A stretch of DNA of 64,000 nt from Podarcis liolepis (lineage: Eukaryota), in NCBI GenBank assembly GCA_965112155.1, contig OZ218111.1. The stretch is one strand, 5' to 3'. The position numbers and the translations under genes are program-made. Under the pieces are notes generated by a model, which saw only the letters and a list, made by a program, of their open reading frames with translations, was not told where the DNA came from and searched no databases. Positions 51,101-60,906 of the stretch are shown piece after piece (position 1 is the stretch's first letter; every line of letters starts with the position of its first letter).

Positions 51101-51793
51101 TTATTCCATGCAAATTCACACAGCACCAAATAATGGATTTTCGAATCACATCTCAACTGAGCCTACAAGTGGGATTTAAAACACACACACACACTCCTTT
51201 GCATATGTATTTTGACTTTTTGGGATCCTCCTTCCCACTGCAGCTCAAACATTCCACCTTACTCCAAAAAGCTGCTATGAAAAGTTGAGTGGCATCTGAT
51301 GAAGCGCGAGACAGCTGTCGGAAATAAAAATCAGCAGTCTTCCTGTATGTGCAAAAGTGCTTTTAGCACTGGGCTCTTTGGATTCAGGCCTCTAAACTGA
51401 GAGAACCCTGAAAACAAAACAGCTTTGGAATTAGAGATCACAGCACAGTAGCCATGCTTACGCTGTAGAAATGATGGTGTCCAAAAGAACCATAAAAGTT
51501 TGGTCTGCTGGTCCTTCCAAGAAAAAGCAATCCCATAACTCCTTATCTTCATCTGATTGGAACTGCTCCAGCCAATCAAGACTCAGGTTACTGATAAGAC
51601 ACTGCAGAAAGGTAGTAAAATGGTTGTGAGTAAATTCTTCTTTCTCTTTCATGGAGGGTGGATTTTCAGTTCCACTAAGGTAGCTCTTAATTGTCCGCAA
51701 AGTCTCACAGATCTGGGCTCCATCTCTGGAAACAGATAGGGTGCCAATTGCTTCTTGTACTAAAAGGCGAACTTGAAGCAAGTCAGAATCCAT
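30064..51793 (-). CDS. TELO2: Telomere length regulation protein TEL2 homolog (TTT complex), complete, 20 coding exons, 2487 nt, 828 aa
   Basis: All exons have GT-AG boundaries and compatible phases; contains [32 protein letters not shown] and [10 protein letters not shown] motifs of TELO2; convergent with IFT140 as in human. Confidence 0.97.
32234..32542. mobile_element. Tc1/mariner (Tigger/pogo-like) MITE, copy 1
   Basis: TA|CAGTGGTGCCCCGCAAGACGAA ... TTCGTCTTGCGAGGCACTACTG|TA: TIRs with TA TSD; CpG-rich. Confidence 0.9.
32721..32836 (-). CDS. TELO2: TELO2 exon 20
   Basis: [38 protein letters not shown]; 116 nt. Confidence 0.95.
33729..33793 (-). CDS. TELO2: TELO2 exon 19
   Basis: [22 protein letters not shown]; 65 nt. 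Confidence 0.95.
33984..34322. mobile_element. Tc1/mariner (Tigger/pogo-like) MITE, copy 2
   Basis: TA|CAGTGGTGCCCCGCAAGACGAA ... TTCGTCTTGCGAGGCACCACTG|TA; first ~70 nt essentially identical to copy 1. Confidence 0.9.
35389..35488 (-). CDS. TELO2: TELO2 exon 18
   Basis: [33 protein letters not shown]; 100 nt. Confidence 0.95.
36427..36518 (-). CDS. TELO2: TELO2 exon 17
   Basis: [30 protein letters not shown]; 92 nt. Confidence 0.95.
37777..37947 (-). CDS. TELO2: TELO2 exon 16
   Basis: [12 protein letters not shown]...[19 protein letters not shown]; 171 nt. Confidence 0.95.
38236..38307 (-). CDS. TELO2: TELO2 exon 15
   Basis: [24 protein letters not shown]; 72 nt. Confidence 0.95.
38636..38752 (-). 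CDS. TELO2: TELO2 exon 14
   Basis: [39 protein letters not shown]; 117 nt. Confidence 0.95.
39260..39351 (-). CDS. TELO2: TELO2 exon 13
   Basis: [31 protein letters not shown]; 92 nt. Confidence 0.92.
40337..40425 (-). CDS. TELO2: TELO2 exon 12
   Basis: [29 protein letters not shown]; 89 nt. Confidence 0.95.
40541..40648 (-). CDS. TELO2: TELO2 exon 11
   Basis: [36 protein letters not shown]; 108 nt; joins exon 12 to form the DSDD motif. Confidence 0.9.
41258..41346 (-). CDS. TELO2: TELO2 exon 10
   Basis: [30 protein letters not shown]; 89 nt. Confidence 0.9.
41835..41869. repeat. (AAAC)n microsatellite
   Basis: Direct inspection. Confidence 0.9.
42162..42298 (-). CDS. TELO2: TELO2 exon 9
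   Basis: [46 protein letters not shown]; 137 nt. Confidence 0.95.
43105..43233. mobile_element. Palindromic hAT-like MITE, same family as 8206-8334
   Basis: Perfect inverted repeat 43128-43149 / 43180-43201; outer limits approximate. Confidence 0.7.
43583..43724 (-). CDS. TELO2: TELO2 exon 8
   Basis: [47 protein letters not shown]; 142 nt. Confidence 0.95.
44857..44925 (-). CDS. TELO2: TELO2 exon 7
   Basis: [23 protein letters not shown]; 69 nt. Confidence 0.94.
45490..45592 (-). CDS. TELO2: TELO2 exon 6
   Basis: [34 protein letters not shown]; 103 nt. Confidence 0.95.
46369..46516 (-). CDS. TELO2: TELO2 exon 5
   Basis: [49 protein letters not shown]; 148 nt. Confidence 0.95.
47964..48032 (-). 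CDS. TELO2: TELO2 exon 4
   Basis: [22 protein letters not shown]; 69 nt. Confidence 0.95.
48202..48270. mobile_element. Short fragment resembling a squamate Penelope-like element terminus
   Basis: GTCCAGTAGCACCTTAGAGACCAACTAAGTTTGTTCTTGGTATAAG..TGCATGCACACTTCTTCAGATA; assignment from memory only. Confidence 0.5.
49565..49842 (-). CDS. TELO2: TELO2 exon 3
   Basis: [21 protein letters not shown]...[27 protein letters not shown]...DSLR; 278 nt. Confidence 0.96.
51462..51793 (-). CDS. TELO2: TELO2 first coding exon (exon 2; acceptor at 51809-51810)
   Basis: [20 protein letters not shown]...[26 protein letters not shown]; ATG at 51793; donor GTAAGC. Confidence 0.95.
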
Positions 51794-52539
51794 TTATCCT
51801 GGTCACTTCTGGAAAACAACAAGGAGGTTGATAAGTAATACCACCAAGGTTTGAGAAAGTAGAGCTGCTAATTACTATCCCCTAAACAGAAGAAGTGGAA
51901 AGGTTCATGGCTCAGAGGTACAACTTCTGCACTGTATGCAGAAGGTCCCAGATTCAATCCCCAGAATCTCCAGGTGGGTCTGGGACAGACTCAAAGTCTG
52001 AAACAGTGGAGAGTTGCTGCCCATCAGTAGAGAATACTGAGCGAGATGGACAAATGGTCTGACTTGGTACCCTTGAGTTACTTGGTGGAAAACGTGGGTT
52101 ATAAATATAGTAAGTAATAAGAACCACCAACATCCTGACCTCCTTGTGGGAGCGGAGATTTTAAAAACCTAGATAAACATGCAAGTACAAAACTTCAGGA
52201 TGCTCCCACCTGTGTAGGTATTGTGTGGGCCTAAGGGAAACTTCAGCCTAAGCCTGCAATCCTCTATCTGCTTACCTAGGAATAAGCCCCAGTGAACTCA
52301 GTTCTGAGGAGACACGCAGTGGTTTAGCACCACAACAATGCGTCTCATGGCATCTTAAAGACATAACAAATTTATTATAGCACCACCTCTGAACGCCCCT
52401 CACGAAATGGGCTGCCGACCACAAAAAGCTTAAGCCAAAATACTGTAAACGCCTTAAGTATTTAAGGAGCCACAAGATTTCTTCGCTGGGCTTTGCTTTC
52501 GCTTTTTGCTGCAGCAAAAGACTAACACGGCTGTTGCTC

Positions 52540-53140
52540 TGGAAATTAGCGTAACGCGGAACCCAAGACACGTCTACTCGGAAGTAAGGCTCGCTGAATT
52601 CAGTGGGACTTAATCCCCACGCTGACGTGTAGAACAGGACCGCTCGGCGTGAGGGAGAAACGCCTCAGCCCCTCGCTTCCCGCCGTTAGAAGTTCTCATC
52701 TTCTCGCCCCGGCCCCCGCCCCCCCCCCCGGCGAGGCCTCACCAAGGGCAGAAATGATGCCACGGCTAACAGCGACCCCCAAGACACTCTCCAGGCATGT
52801 GGACCGGAAACCCAATCAAGCCGGTGAACCTCAACCGGAAGTTCGTGTGTCAGCGCGTGTCATTCTAGTTTTGCTTCGCGCTCTCTATGGTGCCTAACTG
52901 CGGCGGAACCACCAGCGGCGTCGATTTTTACCGGAAGTTTATCTCTGTGTGTTGCGCTGCCTTTTCTCTACGGCCGGGTAATACGTTGGTCTAAACAGCA
53001 GCAGCCGATTCGACGCTCCTGTCTTATGTGCGGCGGCCTCGATCAGAGCCTGTCGAATCTGCTGATGTTGCTTGCGACCCTTCGCAGCTCTCGCGCTCTC
53101 CCGGTCCAGCCCCTGTCTCTTCTTAAAGAGACAGTAACGA
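52540..53140 (-). promoter_or_regulatory. TELO2: TELO2 CpG-island promoter and non-coding exon 1 (candidate donor TTG|GTGAGG at 52743/52742)
   Basis: High CpG density; ETS/GABP sites ACCGGAAGT at about 52834 and 52930, related sites at about 52577 and 52803; G-rich tract after the donor on the sense strand. Confidence 0.8.
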
Positions 53141-54341
53141 TAAAGTTTCTATAGTTCCAGAGCACGGAAGAGGGCCTGTTTTTGAGACTTTGGATGGTGT
53201 GTTACTTCCCGAATCTGGTTTCACTGTTGGGTTGAATTTTATTTATTGTATTCATACCCCATTCTTTATCCAAGGATTTTGGAGGTTAGCATGTATGTTC
53301 GTCCCCTTCCCCGTTTTTATTCTCACAACAATCCTGTGTGGTAGGTTATTGAGTTGGCCAATATAACCCAGAGAGCTTTGCAGCTAAACAGGAAAGTGAA
53401 TCTTGCTCCCTGGGATCCTACCTAACCCAGTAACTCTTAACCACTACCCCCAACCCTGAAATCGGTCCCAAGACTTGCTGTCTTGAGCACCAGCTCCTCA
53501 TCTGGCTCTTCTAAAATGGCCTTTGCCAGTTGCATTTTTATTATTTTTTTAAAAAGTAATTAATCAGAGTGCAACATTTAGCTCATCTTTGAAGTCACCA
53601 AGCTCCTGCAGAACCTTTCTTACATCTTGCAGTGGTGTAGCCCACTCCCCCTTAATCGTGGCCTAAAAGGCAGAAAATGAACCCCGCTGGCAATCTTATT
53701 TTGTTTCAGGGGAAAACATGAGGCTCCCATGATGATAGGTTGTCCTTCTGAAATGGCTGCTTCTAAGCCACAGAGTAGCTCATTCTGTAGAGAGCAGGAG
53801 TCTCTTAATATCGGGATCCATGGGTTCAAGCCCCACATTGGGCAAAATATTCCTGCATATTTTGGACTAGATGACCCTCGTTGGTCCCTTTCCAAAACGA
53901 CAATTCTATGATCACCTAGGAAAGAAGAGGTGCGGAAATACTTGGAAAGCACAGGCAATAAAACTGTCTACAGCTAAGGACTTTCTCTTGCTGATGATCT
54001 GCCCTTTCGCTGAAGCCACCTTATGAACTCAGGGCGGGTTACAAATTTAGTAATATTTTGTTACTTTTAAAAACATTTCTATTACCACCTCCCTCACCAA
54101 ACCTCAAGGCAACATACAGCAATATTAAATGAATATTGAAACATTAAAATCCTATCTTCGTCCTATACACTTTTTGTCCTACACACTTACCTGTTCTGAG
54201 CAGGTGGAGACATGGTGTATTTGGATGTCTCATTGAAAATTGGGCTGAGAACCCAGCATAGCCATTGCAGGAGTCAGTGGTGAAATTTTAAGCACACAGA
54301 ACCACCACCACATTTCTCAACTACAAAAGAATCCATACACA

Positions 54342-54367
54342 TTTATTCCAAACCTTATTGGTTTATT
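54342..54367 (-). terminator. Candidate RNPS1 polyadenylation signals (two AATAAA)
   Basis: TTTATT on + strand at 54342-54347 and 54362-54367, about 0.83 kb past the stop codon; more proximal candidates at about 54875 and 55079. Confidence 0.55.
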
Positions 54368-55186
54368 CAGTCTTGCCATTCCACACAAGTACCAACAACA
54401 TGACTACAAGATGCTAAAGGTATACAAAAATCAAACTTTATAGTAATGACTGTACAATAGGTTGCAAATCTCTTGGCCTTTTGCAAACTGAACACTAGTT
54501 ATCCCAATTGGTCTCAGACACATCACCTTCCGCCCCAGGAGGAAGGTGGCAAGAGAAACAGCTTTTCTGCCTATTTGTTTCACATATTCTAAAAGCGAAA
54601 GCATTTACATCGGTCTTGGGAAGGACAGGGCATGTGAACAATGCACCAAAAACATTTTAGCAAAGGAAGGGATGCCTTAAAAGGAACACTAGTCCTAGTC
54701 CCCCAGTTCTTAGGCTGGTTAAATGCACCAGCAGCAAGGAACATGAAAAAGCTTTTCTGTGTGCCAACATCCCTAAGAGCTGAGGGTGGTGGTGGGGGTA
54801 GAGGAACCAGTCCGTATCTAAATTTGCTGAGGGTTTTCTTGCAACCTGCCATTTCTTTCTTCCAACAGTATAAATTTATTTTTGACATATCCTAAAAACA
54901 AGAGACTTCACTGGACTTAAGAGGACAGTATCATGTCTAAAAGAACAATGTTTCTTGTTAAGAACTTGCAAACCAAAGCTCCCTTTAAAAAGGACTTTAA
55001 GTCCAACAAAAGTCCACAGTTCACCCTGCTGGGCCCAAGACACTAGGCTAGGTTTCAGTTTCTCAGCTTTCCCTTCGTTTTATTTTCATTCCTCTTTAAA
55101 GGTACAATTTTTAAACTGAATGCACTTTTAAGTTTTTAAAAAAACAAAAAAAAAGGAACAACCAAGAAGTTGCCAAGTCCCACATT

Positions 55187-55292
55187 TTATCGGGAAGAGT
55201 TGGAACTGGATCGGCTGCGATGACGCCTGCGGCCTGGAGATCTGGACCGTGACCGTCTGCGAACTGGGGATCTGCGCCTGGGAGACCTGGAC
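55187..55292 (-). CDS. RNPS1: RNPS1 last coding exon
   Basis: SRSPRRRSPVRRRSRSRSPGRRRHRSRSSSNSSR*. Confidence 0.96.
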
Positions 55293-58200
55293 CTGAAAGG
55301 AAATATAGTTGTAAGGAAGAGAACAGAGCTTCAGTTAGGAGAATGGGTGGATATCGAAAGTAATCCACACTTATCTAGTCCATTTTTATTCAACAGCATT
55401 CAATAATAGTTCTTATATCCTAAAGGGTGAAGGCAGTTCAGCATGCTAACATTTTGCAAACGAGCCCTAATCCAGAAAGCAATATAGCAACTGTATAATA
55501 ACTAAATAAAATATTTTCTCAGTTCCTAGATCACAGTGTTTTATTTTTGCAAATACACATCATCAGCTTATATTAACAATAAAAATATTCCATCAATCTT
55601 GACTTAAACATATAAGGCATATGTTCAAAATTAGAATGAGTTGTGAGATTTTAGACACATGAGAAGGGTCTATAGGGGAGAGAATGCTGGAACTATTATG
55701 GCGCAAGTACTTCCACCTGCCTTCCCCTAATGTATTTCTTAATGTATTTTTAAAAATAAAATTGCTGGATTTATTAATGTACATTTGGTGTGCTGAGTCA
55801 CTTTGAGCACTGCTGTGGAAAAGTGGCACACAAACAAACTGATGCTAATGCTCTGGAAGGGGGTGCCTATCCTTCAATTACTTTTTGCAGGGACAGTCTT
55901 TGTTCGCCATCAGCTGTAATGCAGGAAGTAACTCACTGCCCATCCTTGGTGTGACCCATTTGAGTCCGCAGGTGTCTTCTTTTTAGTTTGCCTCCCTGGA
56001 CAGAGCTCCTACCAGCTGTGAACAGCTAAGCCCCTCCGGCTTACCCAGCTCCACAAAGGCAACCTACCTTCTCCTCATGCGAGGTGGAGAACGACGCCAC
56101 ATGGGCGGTGGCGGCAACATCCTCCGCGGAGGGGAGAAACGCCTGAGAGGCATCCTGGGCCGAGGAGTCAGGACAGCCGTGGCAGTGATTTCCTGACCAT
56201 CTATCTGCCCTATTTAAAGATCACAGAAACAGAAAGCTGTTTTGTTTCAGCAGGGTGAGGGATTGACGCAAAGGCTCTGCCTTCTTGCAGCCACTGCCTT
56301 CTTGCTCACTAGGGAAGGTCAAACTATGGCAATGGTGTGGGGAAGCAGGGAACCTAGAGAGAGATACACAGGTAAAACATACATGCAGGGAGATACCAAA
56401 ATGACGTTGGGGAACCACAAACACCACTTTGCTTACCTATTACAATCAGGCCCAGTTCCCTGAATGATTTCCTCTGTGGGTCATTAGCCCCCCAAGAAAA
56501 AAAGAGATTCGTAACCTCTGACCTACACTATAAATTTTTAAATGTCCAACATGGGACTCCAAGTTTTTCCTGGGATGAGCCTCTGCTTTCTTTAAATAAT
56601 TGCTGCCAACTTATTCCAAGGTCTTTGCTCATGCCCACAGGTCCATTGCCTTTCTGGAGAATGCAGTTTACCTTGGGGGCCATTTTCATCAGGATGATCC
56701 ACCCTTCTCACTTTGGGCCAGAAACCAACATGATGTGATCACAAAGGTCACACCAGCCCATATTCCTGGCAGACAAGGTTGATTTTTTAAAAAGAAGTCA
56801 TACAGGTAAAATGATATATTTGTATTATTATAAGAGCAAAACTTGAAGAACCTAGAGCCTTATTTTGTTCAGGTGTGCTCTCCACAGAGCCCTCCTAGCT
56901 GGTAAAACCTATATCACTTTTGGGAAATCTGAAACCCTTGCTTTAATGGGGGGGGGGGGTCATCTCAAATTAAAGATTTTTCAGTCATGTAGGAGTCAAA
57001 CCTCGTTAACAGTGCTGCCAGCTTCTGAAACCCACCTCCATCCATGTGCTTCAGTGCCTTCTCAGCATCATCTGGATTCTCAAATTCTACATATGCATAA
57101 CCCTTTGAGAGGTGTGGGTTGAGTCTGTCGACCGGCATATCGATCATTTTGATCTTTCCATAAGTGGAAAATATTTCCATTATGTGGTCCTGGAAGAGGA
57201 AAAGCAAGCTCCTTAACGCTCATGGCAAATGTCCATTACCTTCCATCTTCATAACAACAAAACACTGAATGGGCAGTGGTGAAAGCAGCAGCAGCAAGCA
57301 ACACACACACACACACACACACACACCCCTACCTTTAACTGGATTTGAACAAAAAGAGTGAAGACCATTCAATTACATATTGAAATGCTTCAACAGTTTT
57401 GCTTCCCAGGTTACCTGAACTTTACTCAGCTATATCTATAGGAGAATAAGAAGAGCCTGCTGGACCAGGCCATTGGCCCATCTAGTCCAGGACACTGTTC
57501 TCACAGAGGTCAAGCCACTCGCAAGCAGGGCCTGAGCACAACAGCACTCTCCCCTATAGAGATCTAGTGTATCGATACTGGGAAGGACCCTTGGTCAACA
57601 GCATTCCCAGCATTCATATTCAATATGGGCTTACAGGAAGCTGTCTTATACGGAGTCAGACCATGGGTTCTGGGGGACTTTTGTTTCCCTACCCCCTTTG
57701 GCCTTTTTACTTCTTTCTGGGTACAAGTGAACAACAGGCATCTGTTACCTTCGTCACATTTCTGGTGAGTCTCCCAACATGTACTTTGGTAGGTTTGGGT
57801 GATGGACTCCTTCTCTTCCGTTCCTTTTCATCTCTCTTGGGCGGTTTAGACCTGGTGGAAATAAACAAAAAGTGTCAAACAAAAATTTAAACGTATGGAT
57901 CTGCAACTCAAGCTCTTCATTAACTTCTATCAATGCAGCATGACAAAAAAACCCACCAATGATCTTATTCTGTATTCCTTGCTAAATTTGTTACTTAAGA
58001 AAAAAGTGGCTGGCGCAACAACTACAGGCCATTTATAGTTTGCAAGAAATAATTATGCTAAAAGTGAGTAACTATTGAGGCTTAACTTAAATTCAGTAGG
58101 GCTTGGAGGGACCTTTATTTGATACTATCCACCAAGTTAGAAATTTAGAAGCATCCTTTTCATATAACACAGGTTCCCAAAGATGAGATTCAAAAGGCAA

Positions 58201-59929
58201 AGAACAGGCCAATCTGCTATTTTACCCACTTCTGCCTCTGACCCACTGCTAGCATGTGCCCCTCCCCAAGAAAGAAACATGGCCTTTGAGCTGTAGTGTT
58301 CCCCACTCCTGTCTTACAGGAAGCACTTATCAAGGCCAATGGAAATAAAGTAGCCAGTAGCCTCCGGTAATCTAGACTCACTTTGAACGGGAACGCCTCC
58401 TGTTGTCGTGCCGATGTCGAGATGGGCTTGGAGAGCCCGATGAGCTGCTGGAGCTGGAACTGCGGGATGTGCTTGAACTCCCAGAGCGGCTGGACGCGGA
58501 GGAGGAGCTGGAGCCACTGCTGGAGCCGGTGCTGGAGCTAGAACCAGAACTGGATGTGGAACTGGAGCGAGACCTGGCAGAGAAGGTGTCATGCAAGAGA
58601 CTAATGGCAGCAAGGGTGTTCTCCCGATAACCCCCAAGAACTTTTGAAGGTGTTGGAAAGAACACACCATTGTCTTTTGCAGTTCCAACCCAAACCTGGC
58701 CACCTCCCAATACAGAGGTGATGCTCTTTCTAAATCATTTCACTTATTGTATAAATGGTCCTTTGTCGAAAAACAGATTTCAGAGCAATACACAAAAGTC
58801 ACCTCAAATTACAAATACCTTATAAAACCAATTTAATGAAGAATGAGAAAAACCATTCAACCCACTAAAAATGCCACCATCTAAAATGCTCAGGCAAAGA
58901 AAAATCTTTTAACAGTCTCTGAAATTACCTCCCTTTGGAGGGTGTTCCACAGCTGAAGTGCCCATAACACACACACCCCTTTGTAAATGAGGGACACACA
59001 TCTTCTAAAGATGAACACCAAGAAGGGCCTCCCCTCCAAACAGATCATTAGGGTGCAAACAGACCTCCTGTGCGAAACCACACACAAAACCCCAATATCT
59101 CAATCAGAGAAGAGGACCTGAAGTCAAATATGTGTTTAGCATTACTGCTTCACTCAACTTACAGCCGACCTGCTGGTTCACATCAAGGGGCATATTTTAA
59201 GTTCTCAAGCTTAACTGCCCTACATTCCTGGGAATCTCACAAGTAGGGCATGGTGGAGACAGCCACCACAACTCCATCCCTGTATCCAACATCTGAAGAG
59301 TTAAAAGGTTTCCTCTGTCTGAGCATGGCAGCATCATTTTTAAACTGCCGATTAAGAATCCTTGGGAAGGCCTGGTCCTTGAAACGGCCTTCAGAAACCC
59401 AAGAATTCCTGACTCTGCTTACCTGGTGCTGCTACTACCACTGGAGGCGCTGCGCCTCTTGCGAGTTTTGTCGCGCCCACGATCCTTTTCGCTTGACTCC
59501 TTTGTAGCTGGCTTGTCTTTGGACCTGTCCTTGGACTTTTCTTCTGTACGGTCCTTGCGCTTGGTAGGAGAGGGAGCCCTTTAATGTACAAAGGTTCAGA
59601 AACTTAATTTCCAACCCCGCAATTTCAGTTGCAACAAAAGCAAGAAATGTCACTGCTACAAAGATGCTAAGAGACAAATCCCCAGTGTTTAGACTATGGA
59701 GCGGCTTCATGAAAGAAAGCCAATGGTGTGGAATATATGGAGATTATGAAAAGGAGGGAAGATGCATTTCTAATTCCTCATGCTTGATGGGAAATCCCTA
59801 GGAGTCTGCACAGATCCCCCAAGAGGGGTGAGGCCTTGAATATTCAGACAATTATTACCTAGTGCTGGACTTTTTATTATTTTCTTTGATTCCTAGCAAA
59901 CTCTTCTTTTTCATTCCTGACAGCTCCAT
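55187..59929 (-). CDS. RNPS1: RNA-binding protein with serine-rich domain 1 (EJC-associated ASAP/PSAP subunit); long isoform 307 aa
   Basis: complement join(59859-59929,59423-59578,58382-58573,57749-57851,57036-57189,56068-56209,55187-55292); Ser-rich domain, RRM with KGYAYVEF RNP1, RS/P-rich tail. Confidence 0.97.
56068..56209 (-). CDS. RNPS1: RNPS1 exon 7
   Basis: QIDGQEITATAVLTPRPRMPLRRFSPPRRMLPPPPMWRRSPPRMRR; 142 nt. Confidence 0.96.
57036..57189 (-). CDS. RNPS1: RNPS1 exon 6 (RRM)
   Basis: DHIMEIFSTYGKIKMIDMPVDRLNPHLSKGYAYVEFENPDDAEKALKHMDG; 154 nt. Confidence 0.97.
57303..57326. repeat. (CA)n microsatellite
   Basis: Direct inspection. Confidence 0.9.
57749..57851 (-). CDS. RNPS1: RNPS1 exon 5
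   Basis: SKPPKRDEKERKRRSPSPKPTKVHVGRLTRNVTK; 103 nt. Confidence 0.96.
58382..58573 (-). CDS. RNPS1: RNPS1 exon 4 (Ser-rich domain)
   Basis: SRSSSTSSSGSSSSTGSSSG...SPSPSRHRHDNRRRSRS; 192 nt. Confidence 0.96.
59423..59578 (-). CDS. RNPS1: RNPS1 exon 3
   Basis: APSPTKRKDRTEEKSKDRSKDK...RGRDKTRKRRSASSGSSST; 156 nt; AAG acceptor. Confidence 0.96.
59859..59929 (-). CDS. RNPS1: RNPS1 exon 2, coding part (whole exon 59859-60053)
   Basis: MELSGMKKKSLLGIKENNKKSST matches human MDLSGVKKKSLLGVKENNKKSST; donor GTAATA; acceptor TTTTATCTTGTCACTAG at 60054. Confidence 0.9.
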
Positions 59930-60769
59930 TTTCCCCTTCCGAGTCCAAAAGCGGCACTTTTTTGGGGGGGCTCACTTATCTGAAAGCTTACTTCTAACTC
60001 CTTGATTCTGAGAAACGATCCCTAAGCGAATGCAATAAACTCCAAAGAGCAGCCTAGTGACAAGATAAAAGGGATATGAGACAGTTAACATATAGGCAGA
60101 GGAAAAGAAAACCCACTTCACAAGAAAAGGCACAAGCTTCATGCAAAGCATTATAGTTCACACACTTCTATGTGGCTTGTTATTACCCATTTGAAAATAG
60201 CATCTGCTGAACTGAGTGTGTTTACACAGAGCATTTGAATTTTCTTTCTAATCACCCTTCAAAAGGAGGAAGAACATACAGCAAAGCACACAGAGTTTTT
60301 CAGTCTGAATTTCTTAGTACTTTTCCTTAAGATATGCAGCATTACAGCAGGACAGCGGTAGCCAACATGGTGCCCTCCATATGAATTGAACTCCAACTCC
60401 CATCGGCCTGTCATCACAGCCAACTCTCATGGATGATTGGAGTTATAGTCCAGCAACATCTGAAGAACACCACGTCAGCAACCTCTGAAACAGAAAGCAA
60501 GGTACCTCAACAGGACATTGTGGTACAGTAGTAGCAAGAAAGCATTTTAAGTCCCAGGAAAACTATAGTAGATTTTAATTGTTTATAAGAATTTCTACTG
60601 CTCTTCCTAAATTCTTAATGCAGTTTCTCATTACTACTGCTAAGCTTTATTTTGTATTGATAGAGTGCTGCAGTTAAGTCTGCAATTTCAGCTCCAGGGT
60701 CACTCCCAGAGACTATTAAATGTAACGGAGCAGAAGCACAGCGCAAAACCCTATCCTCAAATCACACAA

Positions 60770-60906
60770 CAGGGGTGGTAAAACCTGTGGTCTTCCAGAT
60801 GTCCTTGGACTCCAACTCCCATCAGCCCCAGCCAGCATAGCCAATGGTCAGGGTGATGGGAGTTGGCAAGCCAACAAAATTTGGAGGGCCACCATTTCCC
60901 ATCTGT
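60770..60906. mobile_element. Palindromic hAT-like MITE, same family as 8206-8334
   Basis: CAGGGGTGG...TCCAGATGT..GGACTCCAACTCCCATCA...GATGGGAGTTGG; limits approximate. Confidence 0.65.

Noticed and set aside
53140-54340. PTX4 or another gene between TELO2 and RNPS1
   Set aside because: No pentraxin-like frame; interval holds only SINE/LINE-like fragments and unique non-coding sequence
58314-58703. Repetitive alternative-frame and antisense ORFs (APAPAP, ELELEL)
   Set aside because: Shadows of the RNPS1 Ser-rich exon
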